64,000 bases of DNA from a virus. The stretch lies in the IMG/VR virus record IMGVR_UViG_3300030339_000006; one strand, 5' to 3'. Under the pieces are notes generated by a model. It had not been told where the DNA came from. It saw only the letters and a list, made by a program, of their open reading frames with translations, and did no database searches. Shown here in pieces: positions 26,432-35,445 of the stretch. Every line of letters starts with the position of its first letter. Position 1 is the first letter of the stretch. The position numbers were made by a program, and so were the translations under genes.

Positions 26432-27928
26432 ATGCAATTCAGTCACGTTCAGAAAGTCCGTAATTCCGCCCGCGTCCGCGTTGAGACGAATGGCCAGCCG
26501 AACCACACCCACCGCATCTTCGGGGACTATAACTTCAACCCTCTGGTCTGGATGGACGGTTACAAGTACTCGCAGTTCCCACAGTACCCAGAAGGGATGG
26601 AGCACCTGCTGTCCTACGTTGAGGCCCGTACCGGTGCCAAGCACAATAAGATTCCTTTCTTCCTGCAGCCTTTCCTGAAGGAGTATCTAACCCGTCCGTT
26701 GACGCACGCCCACATCGACTACATGATCCCGTTCCTGAAACGCTACGGAGCGATGTTCAATGAAGCCGGCTACCGTCGTGTCGTTGATGAGTTCGGTGGA
26801 CGCTGGCCGGTCGAAATCAAATGCCTCCCAGAAGGCTTTGTAACGAAGGCTGGCACGCCTCAGCTCTACGTTGAGGAAACCCACCCAGACTTCGCGTGGC
26901 TCGTCTCTCCGTTCGAAACAGCCATGCTCCGTGCGGTCTGGTACATGGCGTCCGTCGGTGCCATCGCGATCAACATGTACGACATCCTTCGGAAATCCCT
27001 GGTCGAAACGTCCGATCTGGAAGGTGAAGAGCTGGAAGCCGTTCTGGCTTACATGTTGAATGACTTCGGTGCCCGCGGTGCGACGGGCCATGAAGGTGCA
27101 ACACTCGGCGGGATGGCTCCGCTTCTGGTGGGCTTTAAAGGTTCGGATACCACGGAAGCCGTCCATGGCCTGAGCATCTACTACCACAACACTCCTGGTG
27201 TTGGCGGCGGGACCATCGCTGCGTCTGAACACTCTACGGCCACGGCCTTCGGTCTGGAACCGGAAGAGGAAATCGCCTTCAACAACCACATGATCGAGCA
27301 ATTCGGTGACCTGCCGATCTTCGCTTCTGTGATTGACTCAGTAGACTCTGGTCGTAACGTGGAGTATCACTGGGGTGCGGCTAACCTTGACCGCGTCATG
27401 GCGATGAAGGCCCGCTTGGTCCTCCGTCCGGATTCCGGCGTGCCGGAAGAAGAGATCGTGAAGATTCTGGAATTGCTCTGGAAACGCTTCAGTGGTGATC
27501 TGAACTCCAAGGGTAAACGCGTTCTGAATCCGAAGGTCCGTGTGATCTACGGTGACGGCATCGACGAAGAGAGCATCCTGCGTATCATCACTGCCGTCAA
27601 GGGCGCCGGCTTCTCCATGGAGAACGTGGCATTCGGGATGGGCGGTGGGCTGCTTCAAGCGGTTACCCGTGACTGGGAGCGTTACGCGATGAAGGCCTGT
27701 GAAATCGACACCGGTACCGGCAAGCGTCCGATCGGCAAGAAGCCGGCTACTGACCCAACGAAGACCAGCAAGTTCGGCCCTCGCTGGTTGTACCTGAATG
27801 AGTTCGGCGAAGTACTCGTTTACAGCCAACCGGTGGTGGGTTGTGCCGAGTTGATGTCCGTTCGTTACCGTAATGGCCTTCTTCTGGAAGACTACACGGC
27901 CGATGAAGTGATCTCCCTGGTTCGATAA
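26432..27928 (+). CDS. nadV: Nicotinamide phosphoribosyltransferase
   Basis: DGYKYSQ..QYP, NDFGARG, F.GSDT, AASEHS, LRPDSG, VIYGDGI, FGMGGGLLQ. Confidence 0.93.
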   Translation: MQFSHVQKVRNSARVRVETNGQPNHTHRIFGDYNFNPLVWMDGYKYSQFPQYPEGMEHLLSYVEARTGAKHNKIPFFLQPFLKEYLTRPLTHAHIDYMIPFLKRYGAMFNEAGYRRVVDEFGGRWPVEIKCLPEGFVTKAGTPQLYVEETHPDFAWLVSPFETAMLRAVWYMASVGAIAINMYDILRKSLVETSDLEGEELEAVLAYMLNDFGARGATGHEGATLGGMAPLLVGFKGSDTTEAVHGLSIYYHNTPGVGGGTIAASEHSTATAFGLEPEEEIAFNNHMIEQFGDLPIFASVIDSVDSGRNVEYHWGAANLDRVMAMKARLVLRPDSGVPEEEIVKILELLWKRFSGDLNSKGKRVLNPKVRVIYGDGIDEESILRIITAVKGAGFSMENVAFGMGGGLLQAVTRDWERYAMKACEIDTGTGKRPIGKKPATDPTKTSKFGPRWLYLNEFGEVLVYSQPVVGCAELMSVRYRNGLLLEDYTADEVISLVR

Positions 27929-27942
27929 AGTTAAGTTCCTGG

Positions 27943-27965
27943 GGTATAAGTAAGGTGTAACCAAC
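27943..27965 (+). promoter_or_regulatory. GGTATAAG motif, long form
   Basis: GGTATAAGTAAGGTGTAACCAAC, as at 15672. Confidence 0.65.
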
Positions 27966-27981
27966 CCACAGGAACTTTTCC

Positions 27982-28842
27982 ATGATCACTAAATTGCTCC
28001 AACTGACCGACAAAGATGCTTACTCCAGCTGGGTTGAATTCAACGTTGGGTATCTGCATCAGATCCAAGTGTATCTGGCGGATAAGGCCCCGCCGGATAT
28101 GTTCATCAAGAATATCCTGGCCAAAGACGAAGTCGATCGCTTTAAGTATTCCGTTGCGAAGACTCCACCGAAGCTGCACACGTCACTCTTGAAAGTGGTG
28201 AACGAGCGTATCTTCTACGGGACGAAGGAGCGGAGTATCGTGAACGGCGTCCTGACTTACATGTCATTGACCGGTAAGCCAGACCTCGAGTACATCAACA
28301 GTAAACTGGCTCCGCTCCAAGAACTCCATCAGAACCTGACCGGGCTCGAAGCGGGAAAGGATGCGGTAACGGTCTTCTCGAAGCTGGTCTACAACCGTTC
28401 TCGTATTATGCATCTTCTCTTCGGCGACGGCATGTCTCCGGAAGAGTACGAAACGAAAACGTATCTAAACGAAACGGTACCGGCACTCAACGTGGCAGAA
28501 GCGCTCTGTAAGGTCTCCGGTATTCACCACGCACTTCGCTCTATGTCGTCACAGGCGTTGACCTGTTCTGACACCGAGTTAGGTGCTATGATACGGGATA
28601 TCTCAGAAGCGATGATCTCCTATCGGAAATCTCTGATCGACCCTGAAAAGGCCGGTCTCGGAGATATCGATATGGGTGCTGCGGAGTTGGAATTGGTGAC
28701 TCGCTCACCGTCTCCGGCTGCCGGCAACAATCTGAAGTACGTGATCGAGAAATACAGTTCCGTAGAATCCTTTACTCCGACAGACTTCCTGCTCTGTTTG
28801 AATGAAGGTGTTAGACTGTCAGGCATCGACCTGATGGTATAA
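27982..28842 (+). CDS. Hypothetical protein
   Basis: Long ORF with AGGA RBS. Confidence 0.65.
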   Translation: MITKLLQLTDKDAYSSWVEFNVGYLHQIQVYLADKAPPDMFIKNILAKDEVDRFKYSVAKTPPKLHTSLLKVVNERIFYGTKERSIVNGVLTYMSLTGKPDLEYINSKLAPLQELHQNLTGLEAGKDAVTVFSKLVYNRSRIMHLLFGDGMSPEEYETKTYLNETVPALNVAEALCKVSGIHHALRSMSSQALTCSDTELGAMIRDISEAMISYRKSLIDPEKAGLGDIDMGAAELELVTRSPSPAAGNNLKYVIEKYSSVESFTPTDFLLCLNEGVRLSGIDLMV

Positions 28843-28843
28843 G
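28836..28843 (+). promoter_or_regulatory. GGTATAAG phage promoter-like motif
   Basis: Overlaps the upstream TAA; directly before the polymerase C-half gene. Confidence 0.6.
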
Positions 28844-28845
28844 AC

Positions 28846-28866
28846 AAAGCCCTTCGGGGCTTTTTT
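28846..28866 (+). terminator. Rho-independent terminator
   Basis: AAAGCCC-TTCG-GGGCTTTTTT. Confidence 0.7.
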
Positions 28867-28876
28867 AGGAGACTAA

Positions 28877-30442
28877 ATGGCGAAGTTACGAAAGCCTTCA
28901 AATTTTACCTATGAGTGGTATGACTATCAAACACTCAACGCTTACGCCGGCGTTGACTGTATTGTGACGTCGGAGCTCATGGCGGCGTTAATGCCAACCC
29001 TGGCCGCCAAGAACCCCTTTGCGTGGTATCATCAGGGCGTCCGTTCGGTATCGCCGGCACCGTCAGTACTCCAGGAACAGCTGGAGGTGAAATCCCGTGC
29101 GTTAGAGTTCATCTGCGACATGGAGATTGCCGGGATGGCCTATGACATTCAGGGTAACCGGGCGATGGACAACCGCATGATCGAGGATATCGCGGCCACC
29201 GAGGATCAGATCTTCTCGGCGATCGGGAAGCGAATCGACCTGTCCTCCTCGTCGGTACTCAAGGAATTTCTCTACGGCGAGAAGGGCTTCACTGCACCAA
29301 TTCAGACCAAGCACGGGGATGATTCTACCTCTGGGGATGCTCTGGAGGCGTTGTACAAAGAGCACGAGCTGCAGTGGCTCAAGGATATCAAGAAGCGTAA
29401 CGACGTGACGTCGATGCACGGTTCGTTCATCAAGACGTACGTGGCGGATTGGGTTAAGCACGACGGCCGGGTGCATCCCCAATACAACCTGCACGGGACC
29501 AGTTCCCACCGCATCTCCTCACAGGATCCGAACTTACTGAACCTGCCTCGCGGCTACTACAACTATAATATCCGTCGGTTGTACACGTCGAGTAAGGGGA
29601 TGGTGTTTTTAACCTTCGACTTCTCCTCCTGTGAAGTGAAGATCTTGGCAGCCCTGTCTGGCGACGAGACGATGATCGAGGCCTGTGTCTCCGGTAAGGA
29701 CTTCCACTCCTATACCGCCTCGATGATTTACCACGTCGAGTACGATGACTTCGTGGCGATCGTCAAGGATCACAAGCATCCCGATCATAAGCGTTATAAG
29801 GATTACCGTCAGGGCGCTAAGTCGGTGACTTTCGGTCTGCTCTACGGTGCGACGGTCAACTCGATCGCTCGTGACCTAGGTGTGACCGTTGGAGAGGCTC
29901 AAGAAATCGTTGATGCGTACTTCAAACTCTACCCACGGGTGCAGGCGTTCATCTCGGATTGCCACAAGATGGCCGAAGCGAATCAGTTCATCATCACTCC
30001 GTTCGGTCAACGCAAAATGGAATATGGCACGCTGCCAATGTTCAAAGGCTCCGCTGCGTTCAATGCCGCCAAACGAAATGCTCAGAACGTGAGTATCCAG
30101 TCGCCGGCGTCAACGCTCGGTCTGATCGTGTTCACCGAAATGAACCGCCGTATGAAGGAACTGGGTGGGCAGTGCATCTGTACCGTATACGACTCCATCG
30201 AGATCGAAGTACCGATCGCCCGTCTGGCGGAGGCCATCAACACTGGCTTCTACGTAATGGACGATTGGCCACAGGAGCAGTTTGACTGGCTGAACTTCCC
30301 AATCGGCTCTGACGGTGAAATCGGTTGGAACTGGGGCGACGTGGAGCCGGTTAAGAAAGGCATCACCCAGGCAGAAGCGATCGCTATCCTGGCAGAATGT
30401 GATGCTGGGAAGCTGGCCGAGGCTCTACAAATGGCCGCTTAA
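28877..30442 (+). CDS. polA: Family A DNA polymerase C-terminal subunit (ExoIII plus polymerase domain)
   Basis: YAGVD (ExoIII), RISSQDPNLLNLPR, DFSSCE (motif A), RQGAKSVTFGLLYG (motif B), TVYDSI (motif C). Confidence 0.93.
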   Translation: MAKLRKPSNFTYEWYDYQTLNAYAGVDCIVTSELMAALMPTLAAKNPFAWYHQGVRSVSPAPSVLQEQLEVKSRALEFICDMEIAGMAYDIQGNRAMDNRMIEDIAATEDQIFSAIGKRIDLSSSSVLKEFLYGEKGFTAPIQTKHGDDSTSGDALEALYKEHELQWLKDIKKRNDVTSMHGSFIKTYVADWVKHDGRVHPQYNLHGTSSHRISSQDPNLLNLPRGYYNYNIRRLYTSSKGMVFLTFDFSSCEVKILAALSGDETMIEACVSGKDFHSYTASMIYHVEYDDFVAIVKDHKHPDHKRYKDYRQGAKSVTFGLLYGATVNSIARDLGVTVGEAQEIVDAYFKLYPRVQAFISDCHKMAEANQFIITPFGQRKMEYGTLPMFKGSAAFNAAKRNAQNVSIQSPASTLGLIVFTEMNRRMKELGGQCICTVYDSIEIEVPIARLAEAINTGFYVMDDWPQEQFDWLNFPIGSDGEIGWNWGDVEPVKKGITQAEAIAILAECDAGKLAEALQMAA

Positions 30443-30444
30443 CT

Positions 30445-30452
30445 GGTATAAG
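30445..30452 (+). promoter_or_regulatory. GGTATAAG phage promoter-like motif
   Basis: Intergenic; followed by AATAGTGTAAACC. Confidence 0.6.
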
Positions 30453-30502
30453 AATAGTGTAAACCCGAGGGCTTCGGCCCTCTTCACTATTTAGGAGTCA
30501 CC

Positions 30503-30883
30503 ATGTTTCGCGAAATATCTAAAACTTTACTCATCAACCTTATTGCCCGAATCACCGAGCAGCAAACCAAAGATCCCGCGGCACGGTTTGCTTACTTCCA
30601 CACTCTTAACCAACATCGGCAAGCACGCCTTAATACCCTCAATCAGGAAGGTACTAATGAACTTGACCAGGTGAATATCTTCCTGGACATGTTTGAGCCG
30701 AAAGATCGTCATCCTGCCGCCAACATCATGTTCCATAACGCCATCAGCTTCTTAGGGAGTTCAGAGTCGTATCAGCTGGATATCCACTTGAAGCAACGCC
30801 CGTGGTATCAGTACCCCGAGGTCATGGCTATCACCGTAACCCTTCCTGACAACCAAACTCAAACCTTCGAGCGTGACGCATGA
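30503..30883 (+). CDS. Hypothetical protein
   Basis: AGGAG RBS. Confidence 0.6.
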   Translation: MFREISKTLLINLIARITEQQTKDPAARFAYFHTLNQHRQARLNTLNQEGTNELDQVNIFLDMFEPKDRHPAANIMFHNAISFLGSSESYQLDIHLKQRPWYQYPEVMAITVTLPDNQTQTFERDA

Positions 30884-31263
30884 AAGACTTCAACTTTACC
30901 AAAGCCTGGCAGGCTGAAACTGCCAACCGTAACGAAGACAAGATGATGGCCTTCGCGTACGCCCTATGTAACTCGGTGGCGGTTGCCGTGTCGATAACCC
31001 GACCGGGTCGTTATCAGATCCGTCGTGAACTCTTGAAGTCCATCGCAGAGTTGGAGAACCAGGGGGTAGAGCTGGACGAGATACTCACCGCGTTGTTCTT
31101 CCCGAACAATGAGTTGTTCATGATGACCTTCGAAGCGTTGATGGACTCCGTGACGGTCGACACGGTCTACGAAGTGACCCTACTGCCGGTTCAATCGACG
31201 ATGTTCGACATCCCGACGAATCGTATTCAAACCCTGTCTGTTATAGAGGCGAAACATGTCTAA
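30880..31263 (+). CDS. Hypothetical protein
   Basis: ATGA overlap. Confidence 0.6.
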   Translation: MKDFNFTKAWQAETANRNEDKMMAFAYALCNSVAVAVSITRPGRYQIRRELLKSIAELENQGVELDEILTALFFPNNELFMMTFEALMDSVTVDTVYEVTLLPVQSTMFDIPTNRIQTLSVIEAKHV

Positions 31264-31588
31264 ACCTGAACAATTCCTTGCAGCAATCCACCACTCGCTG
31301 GCCATGAGCGTCGTCGGGGAATCCCATCAGTACGTCACTAAGCTGGTCCTGCGGGCTCGCCGGGAGGACTTCTACGCGACCTGCGAAGACCTGCGGAACC
31401 CTGCTAGGACGACCTTCCTCGACATGCACGTGGAAAAACCGCTGCGGGCTGCCGGTGGGGTGATGTTTGATGAGGCTCTGGCAGTGTGGGAGCCGGGTAA
31501 ACGTGTCATTATCTCTGCTTCCTACCGTAACGCGGGACCTGGCATGCTAGATCCTCTCATCAGCTCAATCCAGATTGCCCGTGAATGA
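31256..31588 (+). CDS. Hypothetical protein
   Basis: GAGG RBS; coupled. Confidence 0.55.
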   Translation: MSKPEQFLAAIHHSLAMSVVGESHQYVTKLVLRARREDFYATCEDLRNPARTTFLDMHVEKPLRAAGGVMFDEALAVWEPGKRVIISASYRNAGPGMLDPLISSIQIARE

Positions 31589-31811
31589 GTACCTGGAGGT
31601 CCTGAAAGAAGACAGAGATTTCTTCATCGAAGAGATCCTCAATCCTTCACGTAGAATAGCCTTGAGCACACCGAGTGCTCGGGGTTTATCCTGGCCTATT
31701 GCAGAGAGCGTCAAACTCACCGTTCCAAAAGAAACACCACACTGGCTCGTCCATTCCAATAAACCTACCGGCGTCGCGAAGGCCCGGAGAAATCGTAAGG
31801 GTAAAAAATGA
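31581..31811 (+). CDS. Hypothetical protein
   Basis: Coupled to the next gene. Confidence 0.45.
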   Translation: MNEYLEVLKEDRDFFIEEILNPSRRIALSTPSARGLSWPIAESVKLTVPKETPHWLVHSNKPTGVAKARRNRKGKK

Positions 31812-33874
31812 ACTTTAAACCTTTTGCTACTGCATTGGCGGAACATTTCGCTGCACTGTCAACGTCTGAGCTGTATCGCGTTAACGTTCCTGGCGAAGAG
31901 CTTTGGGACCACTACCTGGCGTCCTTCCCGGAAGGCACCAACCCGATCTTCCGCGTCCGTACCGAGCATGACGGTTCCTATGACCGTAACTTCGTGCGTC
32001 GTGTCGGTAACGTTGTGCGTATCAATGCCGACGGCTCGTTGACCAGCATCTGGGATCTGAAGAGTCTGAACTATCCGTACAACGAAGTCGCTGCCAAGCT
32101 GGCGGAAATCGTTAAGGCCGGCGTAGTGGTTTCACCGTTCCGTATCGACGAGAAGAAGCTGGGCTACGTGGCCACGGTAGAAACCTCGAAGATTGATGGC
32201 TCTACGATTACCTGGAACCACTTCAATGCGGTTATCGCCGATCGTCACTTTACTAAGAGTGAAGGCCAGGTGGTGGGTGATCTGACGACGACCGTTGCGG
32301 TCTTCCGTCGTGGTCTGGAGAGCATTACCCGTGACGCTATCGTGACGATGCTCGACTTGATCGACAACGATAACCTGTACCGTGGTGCGGAATACCGTAA
32401 AGCAGTAGCCGCCTTCGTGGAAGCTCAAGCAGCGTTCGCCAAGTTGCCGGATGAACAGGCTCGTAGCGTTTACCTGTGGAATAACGTGAATGAACCGTTC
32501 GCTCGTTTCCGTAACACTGCAATCGGTACGCTGGCCGTTGACCTGTCTGAGGGTAAAGACCTCGACGCGTCGGTCCGTGCTTTCGAGAAGAAAGTGGCAC
32601 CGGAAAACTACAAGCGTCCTACCGCGGTCATCACGCAGGGTATGGTGAAGGAAGCCATGAAGACTATCCAGGATCTGGGCCTCGAGCCGGCACTGGAACG
32701 TCGTCACGCGAAGTTCTCTGACGTGTCGGTCAATAACGTCCTGTGGGTCAATAACGCAGCGGCGGCGAAGATGAAGGGCGGAATCGAAAGCTTACTGGCT
32801 GCCGAAGTGACCCGTCGTCCGAGCACTGACAAAGCGGAAGACATTTCGATCGAAGACTTCATGTCCCAGATCGTGCCGAAAGCCCGCACCATTGAGGCTT
32901 TAGTGAAGAATGCTCTGCAGAAGAACTTCATGAGCCTGACCGCACCGGTCCATGATGACGTGGCTCCACTGTTCAAGTGGGACAACAACTTCGCGTGGTC
33001 CTACAACGGTAACATCGCTGACTCATCAATGCGTGCTGCCGTTCAGGCACGTGGTGGTTCCGTTACCGGCGTCTTCCGCTTCACCCACCAGTGGAACCAC
33101 GCAGAGCGTAATGCGTCATTGATGGACCTGCACGTGTTCTTCCCGAACCACAATGGCCACGAAGACGGTATCCATAACACCTACGGTAATAGCAACCGTG
33201 TGGGCTGGAATAACCGCACCGACAGTGCAACCGGTGGTGTGCAGGACGTCGATTACACTACTGCGGCTCCAGTGGGTTACGTGCCAGTTGAGAACATCAC
33301 GTTCCCAAGCCTGTCCCGTATGCCTGACGGGGATTACACCTGTAAGATCCACAACTGGAACCTGCGTTCACCGACCGAAGGTGGCTTCCGTGCCGAGATT
33401 GAGTTCTCCGGTCAGATCTTCGAGTACGAACTCACCCGTCCTCTGAAGAACCACGAGTGGGTTACCGTTGCCGTCGTGACCAAGCGTGGCTCGGAGTTCT
33501 CTATCCGTCACGTACTGCCATGCGGCTCGGCTCAGCAGGATGTCTACGGCGTTAAGACCGAGACCTTCGTGCCGGTCGAAACGGTGATTCAATCGCCGAA
33601 CTTCTGGGACGATAAAGCGATCGGTAACAAACACTGGTTCTTCATCCTGGAAGGCTGTCGCACTGAAGAGAACGTCCGTGGAATTTATAACGAATTCCTG
33701 CGTGGCGATCTGACCAAGCACGGCAAAGTGTTCGAACTCCTGGGTAACAAAACGAAGTGCGAGCCGGCAGCAGAACAGATGTCTGGCCTGGGCTTCAGTT
33801 CTACCCAACGCGAAACCCTTACCGTCCGTGTCGTCGGTGAGAAAATCAACAAAACCTATAACGTTAAATTCTAA
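31808..33874 (+). CDS. Large conserved phage hypothetical protein with a YfaP/DUF2135-like domain
   Basis: MDLHV, GG.QDVD, VENI, G.Y...IHNW; strong codon bias. Confidence 0.7.
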   Translation: MNFKPFATALAEHFAALSTSELYRVNVPGEELWDHYLASFPEGTNPIFRVRTEHDGSYDRNFVRRVGNVVRINADGSLTSIWDLKSLNYPYNEVAAKLAEIVKAGVVVSPFRIDEKKLGYVATVETSKIDGSTITWNHFNAVIADRHFTKSEGQVVGDLTTTVAVFRRGLESITRDAIVTMLDLIDNDNLYRGAEYRKAVAAFVEAQAAFAKLPDEQARSVYLWNNVNEPFARFRNTAIGTLAVDLSEGKDLDASVRAFEKKVAPENYKRPTAVITQGMVKEAMKTIQDLGLEPALERRHAKFSDVSVNNVLWVNNAAAAKMKGGIESLLAAEVTRRPSTDKAEDISIEDFMSQIVPKARTIEALVKNALQKNFMSLTAPVHDDVAPLFKWDNNFAWSYNGNIADSSMRAAVQARGGSVTGVFRFTHQWNHAERNASLMDLHVFFPNHNGHEDGIHNTYGNSNRVGWNNRTDSATGGVQDVDYTTAAPVGYVPVENITFPSLSRMPDGDYTCKIHNWNLRSPTEGGFRAEIEFSGQIFEYELTRPLKNHEWVTVAVVTKRGSEFSIRHVLPCGSAQQDVYGVKTETFVPVETVIQSPNFWDDKAIGNKHWFFILEGCRTEENVRGIYNEFLRGDLTKHGKVFELLGNKTKCEPAAEQMSGLGFSSTQRETLTVRVVGEKINKTYNVKF

Positions 33875-33883
33875 GGAACTGTC

Positions 33884-34285
33884 ATGAACTTATTCGAAAT
33901 CGCAACACGCAACAAATTCCGCTTCGCCTCTGTAAAGGGTGAACTGAACGTAGAACAGCTGTGGGAACTGAAGCTGACCGAACGTAATTCCTTCGATCTG
34001 GACAACGTGGCCCGTGCCGTTGCGGATGAGCTGAAGGCGATCACCGAAACCAGCTTCGTGAAAACCAACCAGAACCCTAAACAGGCGATTCTGGAAGCCA
34101 AGCTGGAATTGGTCAAGTATATCATCCAGGTGAAACAGGAAGAGATTGCCGCGGCAACTCAACGTGCACATCGTACGGAAGAAGCCCGTAAGCTGCGTGA
34201 ACTGCTGGCCAATAAGAAAGACGCAGCTCTGCAGGAATTGACCACTGAAGAGATCCAAGCCCGCCTGAAAGAACTGGGCGAGTAA
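33884..34285 (+). CDS. Coiled-coil conserved phage protein
   Basis: LFE.A.R.K.RF.S.KG.L.VEQLW.L; AAGGA RBS. Confidence 0.7.
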   Translation: MNLFEIATRNKFRFASVKGELNVEQLWELKLTERNSFDLDNVARAVADELKAITETSFVKTNQNPKQAILEAKLELVKYIIQVKQEEIAAATQRAHRTEEARKLRELLANKKDAALQELTTEEIQARLKELGE

Positions 34286-34344
34286 TCCTACCGGCCGTAC
34301 CTTCGGGTGCGGCCCTTTCCCCCTGCTTTATTTTTGGTGAAGAC

Positions 34345-34677
34345 ATGAAAATTCAAATCACACACGTGGGCGGCTGGAACAACGGTGGCTTCCAATACAA
34401 CGGCCAGTACTACAACGATTTCATCAAGGCACACGGCCGTAGCCCTACTCCCGTGATGGGAACCCTCTTGATGATCACTCTGGACGGCGTCGAAGATACT
34501 GCTGTCGTAACCGGCGAGCGTACGATCCACGGGTCTGACAGCGATCACGGCCATGAATACTCGTGGACGTTCACCGATTACGAATTCTTCCTCGACGGTG
34601 ACCGCCTGAAGCGTAAAGAGAAGATCCAGCGTCTCTTAGATCTCGGTGCAGAAATCACTTACGTGGTACGCGGATGA
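34345..34677 (+). CDS. Hypothetical protein
   Basis: ORF with phage codon usage. Confidence 0.55.
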   Translation: MKIQITHVGGWNNGGFQYNGQYYNDFIKAHGRSPTPVMGTLLMITLDGVEDTAVVTGERTIHGSDSDHGHEYSWTFTDYEFFLDGDRLKRKEKIQRLLDLGAEITYVVRG

Positions 34678-34808
34678 AAATCAAACAGCTTATGGCCTGG
34701 GATGACGGTATAATTAACTGCTCCCGCTGCCGATCACCAAATGACGTCACGTGGACCCGCTGCTGCCAGTGCGGGGCAGAACCTCTCGAGGATATCCTAA
34801 ACCCATGA
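34674..34808 (+). CDS. 44-aa zinc-ribbon protein
   Basis: CSRC...CCQCG; ATGA overlaps at both ends; missed by the ORF track. Confidence 0.55.
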   Translation: MKIKQLMAWDDGIINCSRCRSPNDVTWTRCCQCGAEPLEDILNP

Positions 34809-35074
34809 CACTACAGGAACTGCTGGACCCCACAGGTCCGGCCCTTCAGCAATATCTGTCGGTACAAACGGCCGAGCACTTCATCGCTCTCATCGTGGGT
34901 ATTCTCATGGTCGTTCCATTCTTCTTCGTCAAGAAGGACTGGCCGGAGTTGGCAATTGGGCTGGCCCTTGCAGGGCTTGGCCTCGGTATACTTCTCATCG
35001 GCATCAGTGCCTTTAACCTCTTTCAAATCCACTATAACCCACTCGGCTGGGCCATCTCGGAGCTTACCTCATGA
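34805..35074 (+). CDS. Two-TM membrane protein (family B)
   Basis: Hydrophobic helices; C-terminal Y.P..W shared with the next two genes. Confidence 0.55.
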   Translation: MTLQELLDPTGPALQQYLSVQTAEHFIALIVGILMVVPFFFVKKDWPELAIGLALAGLGLGILLIGISAFNLFQIHYNPLGWAISELTS

Positions 35075-35445
35075 ATGAACAACTGCAACAGGCATTGCTA
35101 GAATTTATCCAGAAAGCCAACCACGGAGTTAACTTCGCCGTGGACCAACTCCCTGATGCCCTACGGGATACGATGTCATACGTGGCCACAGCCTCCCTGA
35201 TCTACGCGGTGGTGCTAACACTGCTCGCTATCACTCTGAGCATACTCTCCAAAAAGGTGTATCGGTTCGTTATAAAAAGGGACAACGATATGTTTGACGA
35301 TCTCGGCCTTTGGATAGTCTTCGGGGTATTGATGTCGGCTTCCATACTCTTGTCCCTCCCGATTGTCGGTCAGATAGTAGATTGGATCCACGTGGTTTTC
35401 TATCCTAAAGCCTGGATCCTCGAGTACGTCAGGAGTTTCCGATGA
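35071..35445 (+). CDS. Two-TM membrane protein (family B)
   Basis: MNEQLQQAL...FYPKAWILEY. Confidence 0.6.
   Translation: MNEQLQQALLEFIQKANHGVNFAVDQLPDALRDTMSYVATASLIYAVVLTLLAITLSILSKKVYRFVIKRDNDMFDDLGLWIVFGVLMSASILLSLPIVGQIVDWIHVVFYPKAWILEYVRSFR

Noticed and set aside
21608-28876. Intron, intein or mobile element interrupting the polymerase
   Set aside because: The interval holds ordinary genes. No homing endonuclease, splice-junction residues, transposase or terminal repeats were seen, and both halves have their own start and stop signals.
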